From contig JAULAX010000015.1 in NCBI GenBank assembly GCA_032654565.1, positions 416,001-480,000 of the forward strand: a stretch of 64,000 nucleotides of DNA, read 5' to 3'. The DNA comes from Anaeromyxobacteraceae bacterium (GTDB lineage: Bacteria; Myxococcota; Myxococcia; Myxococcales; Anaeromyxobacteraceae). Position 1 is the first letter of the stretch. Every line of letters starts with the position of its first letter. The notes beneath the pieces are model-generated. The model ran no database searches. It was not told the DNA's origin and saw only the letters and a list, made by a program, of their open reading frames with translations. The position numbers were made by a program, and so were the translations under genes. This document shows, one piece after another, positions 17,199 to 32,330 of the stretch.

Positions 17199-17671
17199 GT
17201 TTCCTCGTCGTCGTCGTCGATGAGGACCAGCGGCCCGTCGATCGACTGGATGATGGTGGTGGCCCCCTCGGAGTTGACCTCGAGCGAGGAGGCGGTCAGC
17301 TCGCTCCCGGCGCCGCGCTGGACGTAGAGCGCCACCAGCAGGGCGGCGGCGATGGGGGCCAGCGTGCCGCCCACCGCGAACCAGGGGTGGAGGATGATGG
17401 ACCGCCGCAGGCGGGCCAGCGGGCCGAAGCGGCGGCGCTCGATGCGCGCCACCACCTGGCCGGCGAAGTCGGTGAAGTCGCGGCGGGCCGCCACCGCCAG
17501 CAGGGTCTCGGAGACCAGCCCCTCGGTGACCGCCAACGAGACCGCCCAGCGGTGGCAGCCCTCGCAGCCGGCCACGTGATCGGCCAGGGCCGCGGCCTCG
17601 GCGGGCGGGAGCTCCCCCTCGCGGGAGCCGATGAGCGGTCGGTAGCTGGTGCAGTCGGCCATGGTGGTCAC
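17195..17671 (-). CDS. Zinc-binding anti-sigma factor (zf-HC2/ZAS) with one TM
   Basis: HVAGCEGC (HxxxCxxC), a TM segment and a short acidic C-terminus. Lies directly after an ECF sigma. Alternative ATG at 17662. Confidence 0.85.
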   Translation of the reverse strand: MTTMADCTSYRPLIGSREGELPPAEAAALADHVAGCEGCHRWAVSLAVTEGLVSETLLAVAARRDFTDFAGQVVARIERRRFGPLARLRRSIILHPWFAVGGTLAPIAAALLVALYVQRGAGSELTASSLEVNSEGATTIIQSIDGPLVLIDDDDEET

Positions 17672-17678
17672 GCTGGTG

Positions 17679-18290
17679 CTACGCCTCTCCCCCGGGTGTC
17701 TCTCTCCACGACGGGCTGGCGTCCCGCGCCAGCGCCGCCTGCATCTTCTTGCGGGCGTGGAAGAGCCGGCTCATCACCGTGCCCTTCTGCACCCCGAGCC
17801 GCTCCGCCAGCTCATCGTAGGAGAGCCCCTCCACCTCGCGCAGCACCAGGATGGTCCGGTGGATCTCCGGCAGCCGGTCCAGCGCCGCCTCCATCCGCTC
17901 CCCCAGCTCGCGCCGCAGCAGGTTGGCGGCCGGGTCGTTGCCCAGCGGCGTGGAGAGGATGCCCTCGCCGGCCTCGCCGATCAGCTCCTCGGCCACGTCC
18001 TCGAGCTGGTCCCGCCGGTTCTTCCGCTCGCGGCGGAGCGAGTCGATGGCCAGGTGGCTGGCGATGCGCAGCACCCAGGTCTGGAAGCTCGACTCCCCCT
18101 TGAACTCGGCGAGGTGGCCGTGGACCCGCACGAAGGCCTCCTGGGAGACGTCCCAGGCCTGGTCGGTGTCCTTCACGATGCCGAGCGCCACGGCGTAGAC
18201 CTTCCTCTGGTAGCGGACCACCAGCGCCGTGAAGGCGTCGGTGTCACCGGCTCTGGCTGCGTCCACCAGCGCGAGGTCGTCCACTTCCAA
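17679..18290 (-). CDS. ECF RNA polymerase sigma-70 factor
   Basis: GDTDAFTALVVRYQ, region 2 DVSQEAF...FQTWVLRIA, region 4 EGLSYDELAERLG..GTVMSRLFHAR. Start is TTG 18290 or GTG 18284. Confidence 0.93.
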   Translation of the reverse strand: MEVDDLALVDAARAGDTDAFTALVVRYQRKVYAVALGIVKDTDQAWDVSQEAFVRVHGHLAEFKGESSFQTWVLRIASHLAIDSLRRERKNRRDQLEDVAEELIGEAGEGILSTPLGNDPAANLLRRELGERMEAALDRLPEIHRTILVLREVEGLSYDELAERLGVQKGTVMSRLFHARKKMQAALARDASPSWRETPGGEA

Positions 18291-18295
18291 TGGGT

Positions 18296-18323
18296 TCAGA
18301 CGGGGCGAGGGGGGGCGAAATTC
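18296..18323 (-). promoter_or_regulatory. RpoE-like ECF promoter, probably autoregulatory
   Basis: Minus strand GAATTT-N16-GTCTGA ends 5 nt before the sigma start codon. It resembles the RpoE consensus GAACTT-N16-(G)TCTGA. Confidence 0.65.
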
Positions 18324-18455
18324 ACCGAGGCGTGGTCCTGCTTATCACACCGCCTCGGGCGGGGAGGGTGGCCGTCGGGGGCCGGAGGCCTTACCATGTC
18401 CATCTGCCCGTAGTGCCGCCGCTTTCTCCTGACCGAGAGTAATCCCGAGGAACCC

Positions 18456-21400
18456 GTGGAAGCCCCGGTGACCCCCCCCGAACAGACGCTCTCCGGCCTC
18501 CTGGCCCGGGCCCGGCGGCGAGCCCGGCGGCTGGCGGCCGCCGAGTGGGGCGGGCGGTGGCTGGCCGGGGCCCTGGCGGTCCTGCTCCTCGGCACCGGGC
18601 TGCTGGCGGCCGGGGTTCGCGCCGCCCCGGTCCGGTGGCTGGCGCTGGCGGCGCTGGCGGCGACGCTGGCCGTGGCCGGCCGGCGGCTCTGGCGGGCCTG
18701 GCGCGGCAGCGGCCCGGACCAGGCGGTGGCCCGGCTGGTCACCGCCGCCAGCCCGGGGCTCCGCTCCGACCTGGTCTCGGCGGTGGAGCTGGCCCGGGCC
18801 CGCGACGGCCTGGCCGCCTCCGGCGCCGCCTCGCTCACGCTGCTCGACGCCCACCTGGACCGGGCCGCCCGGGCCGCCGCCGGCCTCGACCTCGTGGCCG
18901 CGCTCCCCGGCCGCCGCGCCCGCCGCGCCGCCTGGATGCTGACCGCCCTGCTCGCCGCCCTGCTGGTGGCGGGGCTCGCCGGCGGCCCCGGCGCCCGGCG
19001 CCACGCCCGGCGGCTGCTGGCCGGCGACCCGGCCGCGGCGGTCGGCCCGTCGCTGGAGTCGATCACCGGCGACCTGGAGCTCTCCTTCCGCTACCCGGCC
19101 CACACCCGCCTCCCCCCGCGGCTCCTCTCCGGCAGCAACGGCGAGATCCGGGCGCCGCGCGGCACCGAGGTGGGGATGCGCACCCGCGCCGACCGGGTGG
19201 TCGAGGCGGCCGAGCTCACCCTGCTCAAGCCCGACGGCGCCGTGGCCGGGCGGGTGGCGCTGGCGGTGGCCGGCGGCCGCGAGCTCTCCGGTTCACTGGT
19301 GGTCAACGAGGGGGGCAGCTACCGCTTCCGCTTCGCCACCGCCCGCGGCGCCACGGTCGCCGAGGGGCCGCCCATCCCGCTGGTGGTGGAGCCGGACGCC
19401 TTCCCCACCGTCCGCCTCACCGCCCCGGAGCCGGAGCTGGAGGTGGCCCCCGACGCCGTGGTCCGCGTCGAGTGGTCGGCCGAGGACGACTACGGCCTGG
19501 CGGCGCTGGCGCTGGTGGTGCGCGCCCCCGGCGGCGCCGAGTCGCGGCGGCCGCTGCGGGCCCTGGCCGGCCTGCGGCGCGACGCCGGCGGCTTCGACCT
19601 GCCGCTGGCCGCCGAGCGGCTCGGCGAGGGGGAGCGGCTGCTCTACTGGCTGGAGGTGGAGGACAACGACGCCGTCTCCGGGCCCAAGAAGGGGGCCTCG
19701 GCCACCCAGTCGATCCGGATCTACAGCGAGGCCGAGCACCGCCGCGCCGCGCTGGAGAAGGCCCGGGCCGCCTGGGAGCGGCTGGTGGCCCACCTGGCCG
19801 CCCGGCTGGAGCTGGCCGACGGCGGGCCGGTGGCCACGCCGACGCGGCTGCCGCTGGGGGCGGCGCTCGACCTGGAGGCCCGCGCCCTCCACCAGGCGGC
19901 CGCCGCCACCGCCGCCGAGCTGCGGCGGGACCCGGCGGCGCCCCGCGAGGTGGCCCAGGCGCTGGCCAACGTGGCCGCCTCGCTGCGGACCGCCGAGCAG
20001 CGGGCCACCGCGGTCCGCCAGGGGGCGCTGCGGGCCGTGGCCGCCGCCCAGCCGCCGGGGGCGGCCGCCGGGCAGGTGGAGTGGGCCGACGGCCTGCTCA
20101 CCGCCGAGCTGGAGAAGGACGTCCTCTACCTGGAGCAGCTCTTCGACAAGACCCGCGCCGGCGAGCTGGTGCGGCTGGCCCGCGAGCTCTCGGCCCGCAA
20201 GCGCGAGCTGCAGGCGGTGCTGGAGAGGCTGCGCGACCAGCCCGGCGACGCCGCCCGGCAGGAGGCGCTGGCCCAGCTGCAGCGGCTCAAGGCCCGCATG
20301 CAGGAGCTGCAGGCCCGCCTCGCCGAGACGGCGCGCGGCTTCAACGACCAGCACCTCAACGCCGAGGCCCTGGCCGAGCTCTCGAGGCAGAGGGACATGG
20401 CCTCGCCGCTCGAGGCCATCGAGAATGCCATCCGCGAGGGCGACCTGGCCGCCGCCATGAAGTCGCTCGACCAGCTCTCGCAGCAGCTCGACCAGCTGGC
20501 CTCCGGGCTGGAGAAGACCGCCGCCGAGCCGGACGCCGGGCAGCGGGCGCTGATGGAGGAGATGCTGGCCTTCAAGGAGCAGCTGGAGCAGGTGGAGCGG
20601 CAGCAGCAGGCGGCGGCGGAGGCCACCGAGCGGGTGCGCAACGAGGTGCGCCAGCGGCTGGGGCCGAAGCTGGAGGAGGCCCGCCAGGGGGCAGCGGCGC
20701 TGGAGCAGCTGGCCCGGGAGGCCCGCGAGGCGCTCGACCAGGCCCAGCCCGGCGTGCCGGCGCGCGGCGAGCCCGACCTGGACGCCGCCCGCGAGGCGCT
20801 GGCCGACCTGCAGCGGGCCCTGGCGCTGCGCGACCTCGACGCCGCCGGCGAGCAGGCGGCGCGGGCGGCCGGGCCGACGCAGCGGCTGCAGGCGTCGCTG
20901 GAGGAGGACCGGGCGCTGGCCGAGCGCTTCCCCGGCGCCACCGGCAAGGACCCCACCGTGCTCAAGGCCGCCGAGGCCCAGGTGAAGGAGGCCGGGCCGC
21001 GCATCGCCCGCATCCGCGACCGGCTCCGCAAGCTCACCCCCGACCCCCAGCAGGCCATGACCCCGGGTGACAAGCAGCGGCTCGCCGAGCTGGCCGGCGC
21101 CCAGGCCGGGCTGGAGCGCAAGGCCGGCGAGCTGCAGCAGAAGCTGGGGGCGCTGGCCGAGAAGGCGCCCATCTTCCCGCCCCAGGCCCAGGGGCTGCTC
21201 GGCGAGAGCCGCGGCCACATGGGCACCGCCGCCGGCGAGCTGCGCGGGCGCAACCCGCAGCGCGGCCACGGCGAGCAGCAGGCGGCGCTGGAGCGGCTCG
21301 GCCAGTTCAGGAAGGGGCTGGAGCAGGCGGCCCGGCAGGGCGGCGGAAAGGGCGGCGGCTTCCCATTCCCGTTCGGCGAGACCGGCGGAGCCGGCGAGCG

Positions 21401-21569
21401 CGAGGGGGAGGCCGGCGATCCCACCGCGCAGAAGGTGGTCATCCCCGGCGCCGAGGCCCACCGGCTGCCCGAGGAGTTCCGCCGCGACCTGCTCGAGGCC
21501 ATGAAGCAGGGGGCGCCGGAGCGGTACCGCGGCGAGGTGCAGCGCTACTACGAGGAGCTGGTCAAGTGA
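18456..21569 (+). CDS. DUF4175-like membrane protein with Ig region and long coiled coil
   Basis: N-terminal TMs, YPAHT and AEDDYGL motifs, long Glu/Gln/Ala heptads, C-terminal [14 protein letters not shown]. Confidence 0.82.
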   Translation: MEAPVTPPEQTLSGLLARARRRARRLAAAEWGGRWLAGALAVLLLGTGLLAAGVRAAPVRWLALAALAATLAVAGRRLWRAWRGSGPDQAVARLVTAASPGLRSDLVSAVELARARDGLAASGAASLTLLDAHLDRAARAAAGLDLVAALPGRRARRAAWMLTALLAALLVAGLAGGPGARRHARRLLAGDPAAAVGPSLESITGDLELSFRYPAHTRLPPRLLSGSNGEIRAPRGTEVGMRTRADRVVEAAELTLLKPDGAVAGRVALAVAGGRELSGSLVVNEGGSYRFRFATARGATVAEGPPIPLVVEPDAFPTVRLTAPEPELEVAPDAVVRVEWSAEDDYGLAALALVVRAPGGAESRRPLRALAGLRRDAGGFDLPLAAERLGEGERLLYWLEVEDNDAVSGPKKGASATQSIRIYSEAEHRRAALEKARAAWERLVAHLAARLELADGGPVATPTRLPLGAALDLEARALHQAAAATAAELRRDPAAPREVAQALANVAASLRTAEQRATAVRQGALRAVAAAQPPGAAAGQVEWADGLLTAELEKDVLYLEQLFDKTRAGELVRLARELSARKRELQAVLERLRDQPGDAARQEALAQLQRLKARMQELQARLAETARGFNDQHLNAEALAELSRQRDMASPLEAIENAIREGDLAAAMKSLDQLSQQLDQLASGLEKTAAEPDAGQRALMEEMLAFKEQLEQVERQQQAAAEATERVRNEVRQRLGPKLEEARQGAAALEQLAREAREALDQAQPGVPARGEPDLDAAREALADLQRALALRDLDAAGEQAARAAGPTQRLQASLEEDRALAERFPGATGKDPTVLKAAEAQVKEAGPRIARIRDRLRKLTPDPQQAMTPGDKQRLAELAGAQAGLERKAGELQQKLGALAEKAPIFPPQAQGLLGESRGHMGTAAGELRGRNPQRGHGEQQAALERLGQFRKGLEQAARQGGGKGGGFPFPFGETGGAGEREGEAGDPTAQKVVIPGAEAHRLPEEFRRDLLEAMKQGAPERYRGEVQRYYEELVK

Positions 21570-23205
21570 TGGTCTCCCTGTCCCTGTCCCTGTCCGCCCT
21601 GCTGGCCCTGGCCGTGGCCGGCGCCTCCACGTCCCCTCCGTCGGGCCCGGTCTCCGGCCCCGTGTCCGGCCCCGTGTCCGGCCCGGCCTCCGGCCTGGCC
21701 GCGCCGCCGTCGACCCTGGCCGAGGCGGTCCGCCGGCTCCACGACGAGGACGTGGCCGGCGCCGCCCCGGTCATCGAGGCGGCCGCCGCCGCCCGGGCCG
21801 CCGACCCGGTGGCGAGGATGGCGCTCGGCCAGCTCCGCTTCTTCCAGCACCGCTACGCCGAGGCGGTGGCGCTGCTGGAGGGCGCCGCGCCGGGCGCCGA
21901 CCCCACCGGCCTGCTGCGGCTGGCCCGCGCCGGCGTCGAGCTGGGGCGGGGCTGGTCGGAGACCGAGGGCGAGCACTTCGTCATCGCCTGGCCCACCGGC
22001 AAGGACGAGGTGCTGGTCCCCTACCTGCTGGAGGCGCTGGAGGCGCAGCGGGCGGCGCTGGCGGCCGACCTGGGCGTGTCCCCGCCGGAGAAGGTGCGGG
22101 TGGAGATCCTCGGCTCGCCCCGGGACCTGTCGCGCCTCTCCTCGCTCTCCGACGCCGAGATCCGCGGCTCCGGAACCATCGCCCTGTGCAAGTACGGCAA
22201 GCTCATGCTGGTGTCCCCGAAGGCGCTCTTCACCGGCTACGACTGGCTCGACACCGCCGCCCACGAGTACGTCCACTACGCGGTGATGCGCGCCGCCGGG
22301 CCGGCCACCCCCATCTGGCTCCACGAGGGGCTGGCCAAGTGGCTGGAGACCCGCTGGCGCGGCGCCGGCGGGCAGGACTTCTCCCCCTTCTCGGCGGCGC
22401 TGGTGCGGCGCGCCGTGGAGAAGAAGACCCTGGTCACCTTCGAGCAGATGCACCCCTCGATGGCCAAGCTGCCCACCCAGGAGCAGGCGGCGCTGGCCTT
22501 CGCCGAGGTGGCGCTGGCGGTGGAGCTGATGGTGCAGCGGGGCGGGACCCCGGCGCTGGCCCGCACCCTGACGCTGCTGGCCGGCGGCACGCCGGTGGAG
22601 ACCGCGGTGGCGGTGGCCATGAACCAGCCCTGGACCGAGTTCATGGCGGGGTGGCGGCGCTACCTCGGCGCCCGGCCGCTGCCGAAGGGCGGGGCCCAGG
22701 CGCTGCGCCGGCTCCGCTTCGCCGACGACCCGAAGCAGGGCGGGCCGTGGGCGGAGTGGGCCGAGCTGGAGGACCCCAGGGCCCGCGAGTTCGCCAGGCT
22801 CGGCGAGCTGCTGCGCGAGCGGGGGCGGCCGGTGGCGGCGCGCCAGGAGTACCGAAAGGCGCTCGACCGCGGCGGGGGGAAGGTGGCGGTGCTGGCCAAC
22901 CAGTTCGCGGTGGTGGCCATCCAGACCGGCAAGCAGGCCGAGGCCGAGAAGGTGCTGGCCGAGGCGCTGGCCTGGAACCCCGACCACGCCGCGCTGCGGG
23001 TGCGGCTCGGCAGGCTCAAGCTGGCCAAGAAGGACTACGCCGGGGCCCGCGAGCAGCTGACGCTGGCCAACCGCCAGGACCCGTTCGACCCGGAGATCCA
23101 CGCCGGGCTGGCCCTGGCGCTCGAGCCGCTCGGCGACCCGGGCGGCGCCTCGCGCGAGCGGCGCTTCGCGGAGATACTGCAGCAGAAGAGGGGACACGCC
23201 ACGCC

Positions 23206-23209
<4 letters not shown>
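21566..23209 (+). CDS. Secreted TPR protein with a peptidase-MA-like (gluzincin) domain
   Basis: Signal peptide, HEYVH zinc motif with downstream WLHEGLA, TPR-like helices on both sides. Confidence 0.82.
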
Positions 23210-24213
<1,004 letters not shown>

Positions 24214-24216
24214 CCG

Positions 24217-25115
<899 letters not shown>

Positions 25116-25119
<4 letters not shown>

Positions 25120-27008
25120 GCCTCGCCTTCCTCAGCCCGGCGCTGCTCTGGGGGCTCGGCGCCGCCTCGCTGCCGCTGCTGATCCACCTCTTCTTCCGCC
25201 GCCGCCCGCGCCCGCTGGCCTTCCCGGCCTTCGAGTTCGTGGTCAAGGCCCGGCGCCAGACCGAGCGGCGGCTCAAGCTGCGCAAGCTGCTGCTCTTCCT
25301 GGCCCGCACCCTGGCGCTGGCGGCGGTGGCGCTGGCCCTGGCCCGGCCCCAGCTGGAGCGCCCCGGTGTGGCCGCCGCGGCCACCGCCGGCCCGGCCGCC
25401 ACCGTGCTGCTGCTCGACGGCTCCGGCTCGATGGGCTACCGGCTGGGCGGCGAGACCCTCTTCGAGCGCGGCCGGCGCGAGGCGCTGGCGGCGCTGGCCC
25501 GGCTCGGCCCCGAGGAGCCGGTGGCGGTCCTGGCCTGCGACGGCGCCCCGCCCCGGGCCACGGCGCCCTCGTTCGACCGGGCCGCGGCCCGCCAGGCGCT
25601 CGAGGAGGCCCGGCCCGGCGCCGCCCACGCCGACCTGACCACCTGCCTGGCCGCCGCCGCCCAGGCGCTGGGCGAGGGGCGCGGCCAGGAGCGGCTGGGG
25701 AAGCGGGTGGTGGTGTTCACCGACCTGACCGCCGCCGCCTGGCGGCTGGAGGCGCCGCCGCCGGAGGTGCCGGTGGCCGGCGGCCCGCCGCGGCGCCCCG
25801 AGGTGCGGGTGGTGGACGTGGCCCGCGGCGCCCCGCTGCCCAACCTGGCGGTGACCGGCCTGACCGCCGAGCCCGACGCCGCGGTGGGGCCGCGCGGCTA
25901 CCGGGTGACGGTGACGGTGCTGAACGCCGGCGAGGAGCGGGCCGGCGAGGTCTCGCTGACGCTGCGGGCCGCCGGCGATCCCCGCCCCCCGGTGCGGGCC
26001 TTCCTCGACCTGCCCCCCGGCGGCAGCGTCCGCAAGACCTTCTCCCACGCCTTCACCGCCGGTGGACCGGCGGTGCTGGCCGCGGCGCTCCCCGCCGACG
26101 CCCTGGCCTTCGACGACCAGCGCGAGCTGGCGCTGCGGGTGCCGCGCGAGGTGCGGGCCCTGGTGGTGGACGGCGCCCCGTCGCCGGTGAAGCTGCGCGA
26201 CGAGGCCTGGTTCGTGGAGGCGGCGCTCGGCTCCACCGCCTCGCCGGTGCGCCCCACGCTGATCGACGCCGAGGCGCTGGCCAGCGCCGACCTCAAGGCC
26301 TTCGACGTGGTGCTGCTGCTCAACGTCCGCAGCGTGGGGCGGCGCGGCGCCGACCTGGAGGCCTTCGTGCTGGCCGGCGGCGGGCTCTTCGTCTCCATGG
26401 GCGACCAGGTCGACCCCGACGCCTTCAACCGCGAGCTGGGGCCGCTGCTGCCGCTCCAGCTCCACCTGGTGAAGACCGCCGCCACCCGGCTGGCCCGCGT
26501 CGACGAGGCCCACCCGGCGCTGGCCATCTTCACCGGCGAGGCCCGCGAGGGGCTGACCGGGGCCCGCTTCACCCGCTACATGCTGACCCGGCCGGCCGGG
26601 CGCGGCGAGCCGCCGGCGGTGCTGGCCGCCTTCGAGGACGGGGCCCCGGCGCTGGTGGAGGCCCGGCGCGGCAAGGGGCGGGTGCTGCTCTACACCTCCA
26701 CCGTCGACCGCGAGTGGACCGACTGGCCGCTGCGCACCAGCTTCCTCCCCGCCATGCAGCGCTTCGCCGGCTGGCTCTCCGGCGAGCTGGAGGGCGGGCA
26801 GGCGGTGAGCGCGGTCATCGACGCCCGCGAGTCGGACACCCGCCGGCTCGACCCGGCCACGCTGGCCGGCTGGCTGGGCGGGCAGGCCACGGCGCGGGTC
26901 GAGGCCGCGGCCGGCGCCCCGGGGGCGGGGCCGGGGGTGCCGCTCTGGTCGCTGCTGCTGCTGGCGGCGGTGGGGCTCTTCCTCGCCGAGGCGGCGCTGC
27001 TCTCATGA
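25116..27008 (+). CDS. BatA N-terminal / vWA domain membrane protein
   Basis: GTG overlaps the DUF58 stop. LPLLIHL...LALARP BatA motif, MIDAS DGSGS, GATase-like region, C-terminal [18 protein letters not shown]. Confidence 0.88.
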
Positions 27009-28102
27009 CCGGGCGCGACCTCGACCGCCGGGTGGCCGGCCTGCTCTGCGTCGGCTTCCACGGGGTGACGCCCTCGGCCGAGGTGCTGGAGCTGATCGAC
27101 CGCGGCGTCGGCGGCGTCATCCTCTTCTCACGCAACCTGGTCGACGCCGCGCAGGTGGCCGCGCTGACCGGGGCGCTCAAGCGCGCCGCCGGCCGGCCGC
27201 TGCTCGTCTCCATCGACCAGGAGGGGGGGCGGGTGGCGCGGCTGCGAGCCGCCCACGGCTTCACCGAGCTGCCCCCCATGCGCCGGCTCGGCGAGGCCGG
27301 CGACGAGCGGCTGGCCTTCGCGGCCGGGGCGCTGCTGGGGCGCGAGCTGCGCGCCGTCGGCGTCGACCAGGACTACGCCCCGGTGGTGGACGTCGACACC
27401 AACCCGCAGAACCCGGTCATCGGCGACCGCAGCCTGTCGTCGGACCCGGCGCGGGTGGGGCGGCTGGGCGCGGCGCTGGCGCTCGGCCTGCAATCGGCCG
27501 GGGTGGCGGCCTGCGCCAAGCACTTCCCCGGCCACGGCGACACCAGCCAGGACTCGCACCTGACGCTGCCGCGGCTGCCCCACCCGCTGGAGCGGCTGCT
27601 GGCCGTGGAGCTGCCCCCCTTCACGGCGCTGGCCCGGGCCGGGGTGGCGGCGGTGATGACCGCCCACGTGGTCTTCGAGCCGCTCGACCCGGTCCGCCCC
27701 GCCACCCTCTCGCCGGCGGTGCTGCGGCTCCTGCGCGAGACCTGCGGCTTCCGCGGCGCCTGCGTCTCCGACGACCTGGAGATGAAGGGGATCGCCGCTC
27801 ACTTCCCTCTGGAGGAGATCGCGCCGGGCGCGGTGGCGGCCGGCGTCGACCAGCTGCTGGTCTGCCACACCGCCGCCCTGCAGCACCGGGTCATCGACCT
27901 GGTGCGCGCCGCCGTGGAGGCGGGCCGGCTGCCGCGGGGGCGGCTCGACGAGGCCGCGGCGCGGGTGGCGGGGCTGCTGCGCTGGGCCGGGCCGCCGCCG
28001 GACCCGCGGGCGGCGGGCGCCGCGCTGCGCACCGCCGAGCACCTGGCGCTGGCCGAGGCGCTGGGGGGACCGGGGGCGGGGCGCGATCCGACCGGAGGCT
28101 GA
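27005..28102 (+). CDS. nagZ: Beta-N-acetylhexosaminidase, GH3
   Basis: [23 protein letters not shown] (NagZ signature), SDDLEM nucleophile. Confidence 0.93.
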   Translation: MTGRDLDRRVAGLLCVGFHGVTPSAEVLELIDRGVGGVILFSRNLVDAAQVAALTGALKRAAGRPLLVSIDQEGGRVARLRAAHGFTELPPMRRLGEAGDERLAFAAGALLGRELRAVGVDQDYAPVVDVDTNPQNPVIGDRSLSSDPARVGRLGAALALGLQSAGVAACAKHFPGHGDTSQDSHLTLPRLPHPLERLLAVELPPFTALARAGVAAVMTAHVVFEPLDPVRPATLSPAVLRLLRETCGFRGACVSDDLEMKGIAAHFPLEEIAPGAVAAGVDQLLVCHTAALQHRVIDLVRAAVEAGRLPRGRLDEAAARVAGLLRWAGPPPDPRAAGAALRTAEHLALAEALGGPGAGRDPTGG

Positions 28103-28172
28103 GCGGGGGACCGCGCGGCGGCCGAGCGGCGGCCGAGCGGCGGGCCGGGTGGTGCCGGCCGGCGGTCGGGAC

Positions 28173-29528
28173 CTAGGCGCGACGCTCGAGGATCTTGAGC
28201 GCCACCAGCCCGTAGAGGAAGCCGTAGACCACGTGCTCCGGCCGCTTGGCCAGCGCCACCAGCTCGGCGACGGCGCGGGTGCCGTCGACGCGGGGCAGCA
28301 GCTCGGCCTCCCACTTCTCCAGCTCCACCTCGTGCAGCCCGAAGGCCGGCTGCGGCGTGGGGATGAGCCGGTCCTCCGGCGAGAGGATGCGGAAGAGCCG
28401 CTCCGGCTTGTAGAGCTTCTTGACCCCGCGGGTGATGATGTGGGCCGGGTGCAGGTCGATCTTGATGGCCTGCTTGGAGGCCCGGTCGGCGAAGTGGAGC
28501 CGGTACTGGCCCTCCTCCCAGCCGAACAGCGAGTAGATGATGGCCTTCACCTGCTGGGCCACGAAGTAGAGCTTCTCGGTCTCCTTGAGGAGGTTCATCT
28601 CCACCAGGATGTCGCCGGTGCGCCGGCCGGTCTTGTCGGCGGCGGCCCGCACCAGCAGCAGCTGCCCCTGGGTGATCTTGCCGACGCGGACCAGGAAGGG
28701 GCCGAAGCGGTCGGTGACCAGATTGGAGATGGCGAAGCAGGGTGCGCCGGCCTCGAAGTAGATGGTCTTCTTCACCTTGCCGCGCTGCACCGTCAGCTCG
28801 CCGGTCTGCTGCGCGAGGTGGAAGGCGGTGAGCAGGTCGGGCAGGTTCTCGTCGAGCGTCCCCTCCGGCGGCGGGGTGTTGACGAGGCGGGCCGCGGCCT
28901 TGGCCACCAGGCTGGCGGCGTGGACCTCGGCGGCCGGCGGCGGGGTCAGGGTCGCGGAAGGGGGCGGCTGGGCCGGGATGCCCAGCGAGGAGGCGGTGAC
29001 GGTCTCGCCGCGCAGCACCGCCGAGACCTTGCCGCCCTCGGTCAGCACCACCCGGCCGGTCAGCTCCATGGCGTCGACCGGCTCGTCGGTCTCCACGGCG
29101 ATGTCGACGTCGAAGTCGTCGGTCGACTCGGGCGGCGGCACGCTGGAGGTGCGCGAGGGGGCCTCGGGCGGCAGCAGCGCCCGGACGGCGTCGATGAGGG
29201 TCTTGCCGGGGAACGGCTTCTCGAAGTAGCCGGCGGCGCCGTGCTGGCTGCGCGCCTCGGAGGCGGCCCGGCCGCCCTTCAAGACCCCGGTCATGAAGAC
29301 GTAGGGGACGCCCACCTTCTTGAGGACCGCCCCCACCTCGTAGCCCATCATGTCGGGCAGCAGCAGGTCGACCACCGCCGCCGAGGGGGGATCGGCGGCG
29401 ATCCACTCCAGGGCGGAGCGGCCGCGCAGCGCGGTGACCGCCTCCCAGCCCTCGGCCTCGACGAGGCGGGCCAGCAGGTTGACCAGTTCGGCGTTGTCGT
29501 CGACGAGGAGGATGCGCGGGCGGCTCAT
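28173..29528 (-). CDS. Response regulator with C-terminal DUF4388/PatA_N domain
   Basis: Receiver LLVDD...VVDLLLP...FEKPF, acidic/Pro linker, then GTLDENLPDLL...TGELTV...IYFEAG...LFGWEEGQY. Confidence 0.88.
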   Translation of the reverse strand: MSRPRILLVDDNAELVNLLARLVEAEGWEAVTALRGRSALEWIAADPPSAAVVDLLLPDMMGYEVGAVLKKVGVPYVFMTGVLKGGRAASEARSQHGAAGYFEKPFPGKTLIDAVRALLPPEAPSRTSSVPPPESTDDFDVDIAVETDEPVDAMELTGRVVLTEGGKVSAVLRGETVTASSLGIPAQPPPSATLTPPPAAEVHAASLVAKAAARLVNTPPPEGTLDENLPDLLTAFHLAQQTGELTVQRGKVKKTIYFEAGAPCFAISNLVTDRFGPFLVRVGKITQGQLLLVRAAADKTGRRTGDILVEMNLLKETEKLYFVAQQVKAIIYSLFGWEEGQYRLHFADRASKQAIKIDLHPAHIITRGVKKLYKPERLFRILSPEDRLIPTPQPAFGLHEVELEKWEAELLPRVDGTRAVAELVALAKRPEHVVYGFLYGLVALKILERRA

Positions 29529-30754
29529 CGTGGGGCGAGCATAGCACGCGGCATGAGCCCCAGCCGCCGGCGCCGGGCCGGCCCGGCCGCCAGGTGCAGC
29601 AGCGCCCCCACCACCCCGATGGCCAGGCAGCCGAGCCAGAGCACCCGCCCCCCGTAGCGGTGCAGCACCTGCCCGCCCAGCAGCGGCGAGAGCGTGAAGG
29701 CCAGCCCCCAGGACATGGAGAAGGCCCCCTGGTACCGGCCGCGCAGCTCGGGCGGGGCCAGGTCGGCGACGATGGCCGAGGCCACCGGGAAGCCCAGCAC
29801 TTCACCCACGGTGTATAGGGCGGCGGCGGCCAGGTAGGCGGGGAGCGAGCCCCCGAAGGCGTTGAGGCCGAAGCCGAGGCCGATGAGCAGGGAGGAGAGG
29901 GCCAGCACCCGGGCGCCGTCGTGGCGGTGCAGGTGGGGCGAGAGCAGCGGCTGCAGCACCACCACCCCGAGGCCGTTGAGCGCCATGATCATGGAGAAGC
30001 CGGCCGGGCCGACGCCGTGGGCGGCGTAGTCGAGCGGCGCCGCCAGCTGGAACTGGGTGAAGACCAGCAGCACCAGCAGGTGCAGGCCGAGGAAGACCAT
30101 GAAGGGCCCGTCGCCGAGGAGCCGGCGCAGGCCGGGCCCGGCCGGGGCGGCGGCGTCGAGGTGGGCCGGGCGGGTCTCGGGCACCCGGGCCAGCACGATG
30201 CCAGCGAAGCAGAGCGAGGTGACGGCGTCGGCGAGGAAGAGGGCCAGCATGGAGCGCTCGGCCACGAAGCCGGCCACCGAGAGGCTGATGGCCCAGCCGA
30301 GGTTGACCGCCCAGTAGATCAGGCCGTAGGCCCGGGCCCGGTCGGCGGGCGGGACGATGTCGGCCACCGCCGCCTGCGCCGCCGGCCGGTAGGTGTCGCC
30401 GGTGAGCGCCGCCAGGAAGGCCACGAAGGTGAGCCAGGCGGGGTCGCGCAGGAAGCCGAGCACCGCCACGCAGCAGCCGCCCAGGGAGAGGCCGAGCAGC
30501 ATGGTGCGGCGGCGGCCGATGCGGTCGGCCAGGGCGCCCCCCAGCGGGCCGGCCAGCAGCAGCCCAGAGCCATAGATGGCCACCACCAGCCCGGCCTGCT
30601 CGGCGCTGAAGGCCCGGTCGTGGACCAGGAAGAGGGCCAGGAAGGTGATGACGAAGGAGGCCAGCCGGTTGACCAGCATCCCGGCCCAGAGCGTCCAGAA
30701 GAGCGGGGGCAGGCCGCCGGTGGCGGCGCGGAAGCGGCGGGCGAGGGGGTTCAC
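29525..30754 (-). CDS. MFS transporter
   Basis: About 12 hydrophobic segments and motif A GALADRIGRR. Likely GTG start at 30754. Confidence 0.9.
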   Translation of the reverse strand: MNPLARRFRAATGGLPPLFWTLWAGMLVNRLASFVITFLALFLVHDRAFSAEQAGLVVAIYGSGLLLAGPLGGALADRIGRRRTMLLGLSLGGCCVAVLGFLRDPAWLTFVAFLAALTGDTYRPAAQAAVADIVPPADRARAYGLIYWAVNLGWAISLSVAGFVAERSMLALFLADAVTSLCFAGIVLARVPETRPAHLDAAAPAGPGLRRLLGDGPFMVFLGLHLLVLLVFTQFQLAAPLDYAAHGVGPAGFSMIMALNGLGVVVLQPLLSPHLHRHDGARVLALSSLLIGLGFGLNAFGGSLPAYLAAAALYTVGEVLGFPVASAIVADLAPPELRGRYQGAFSMSWGLAFTLSPLLGGQVLHRYGGRVLWLGCLAIGVVGALLHLAAGPARRRRLGLMPRAMLAPR

Positions 30755-30794
30755 GGCGGGAGGGAGGGTAGCGCGGCGGCCCGTCACGGGCACG

Positions 30795-30836
30795 AAAAGC
30801 GAAGAGGGCGACCCCCTCGCGGTGGTCGCCCCCTCC
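30795..30836 (-). terminator. Probable intrinsic terminator after glnA
   Basis: Minus strand GAGGGGGCGACC...GGTCGCCCTCTT hairpin followed by CGCTTTTC. Confidence 0.65.
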
Positions 30837-30857
30837 ATCAGCCGTACGACGGCGATG

Positions 30858-32282
<1,425 letters not shown>

Positions 32283-32330
32283 CGCGGTCATTTCTCCGAC
32301 GTGAGAGAGGGGTCTGCGGTCCGGATCGTT

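Noticed and set aside
21641..21694. 12-bp SGPV repeats in the TPR-peptidase
   Set aside because: In-frame low-complexity linker after the signal peptide. It cannot cause phase variation.
28117..28145. GCGGCCGAGCG direct repeat between convergent genes
   Set aside because: Short and GC-only-like, expected by chance in this background.
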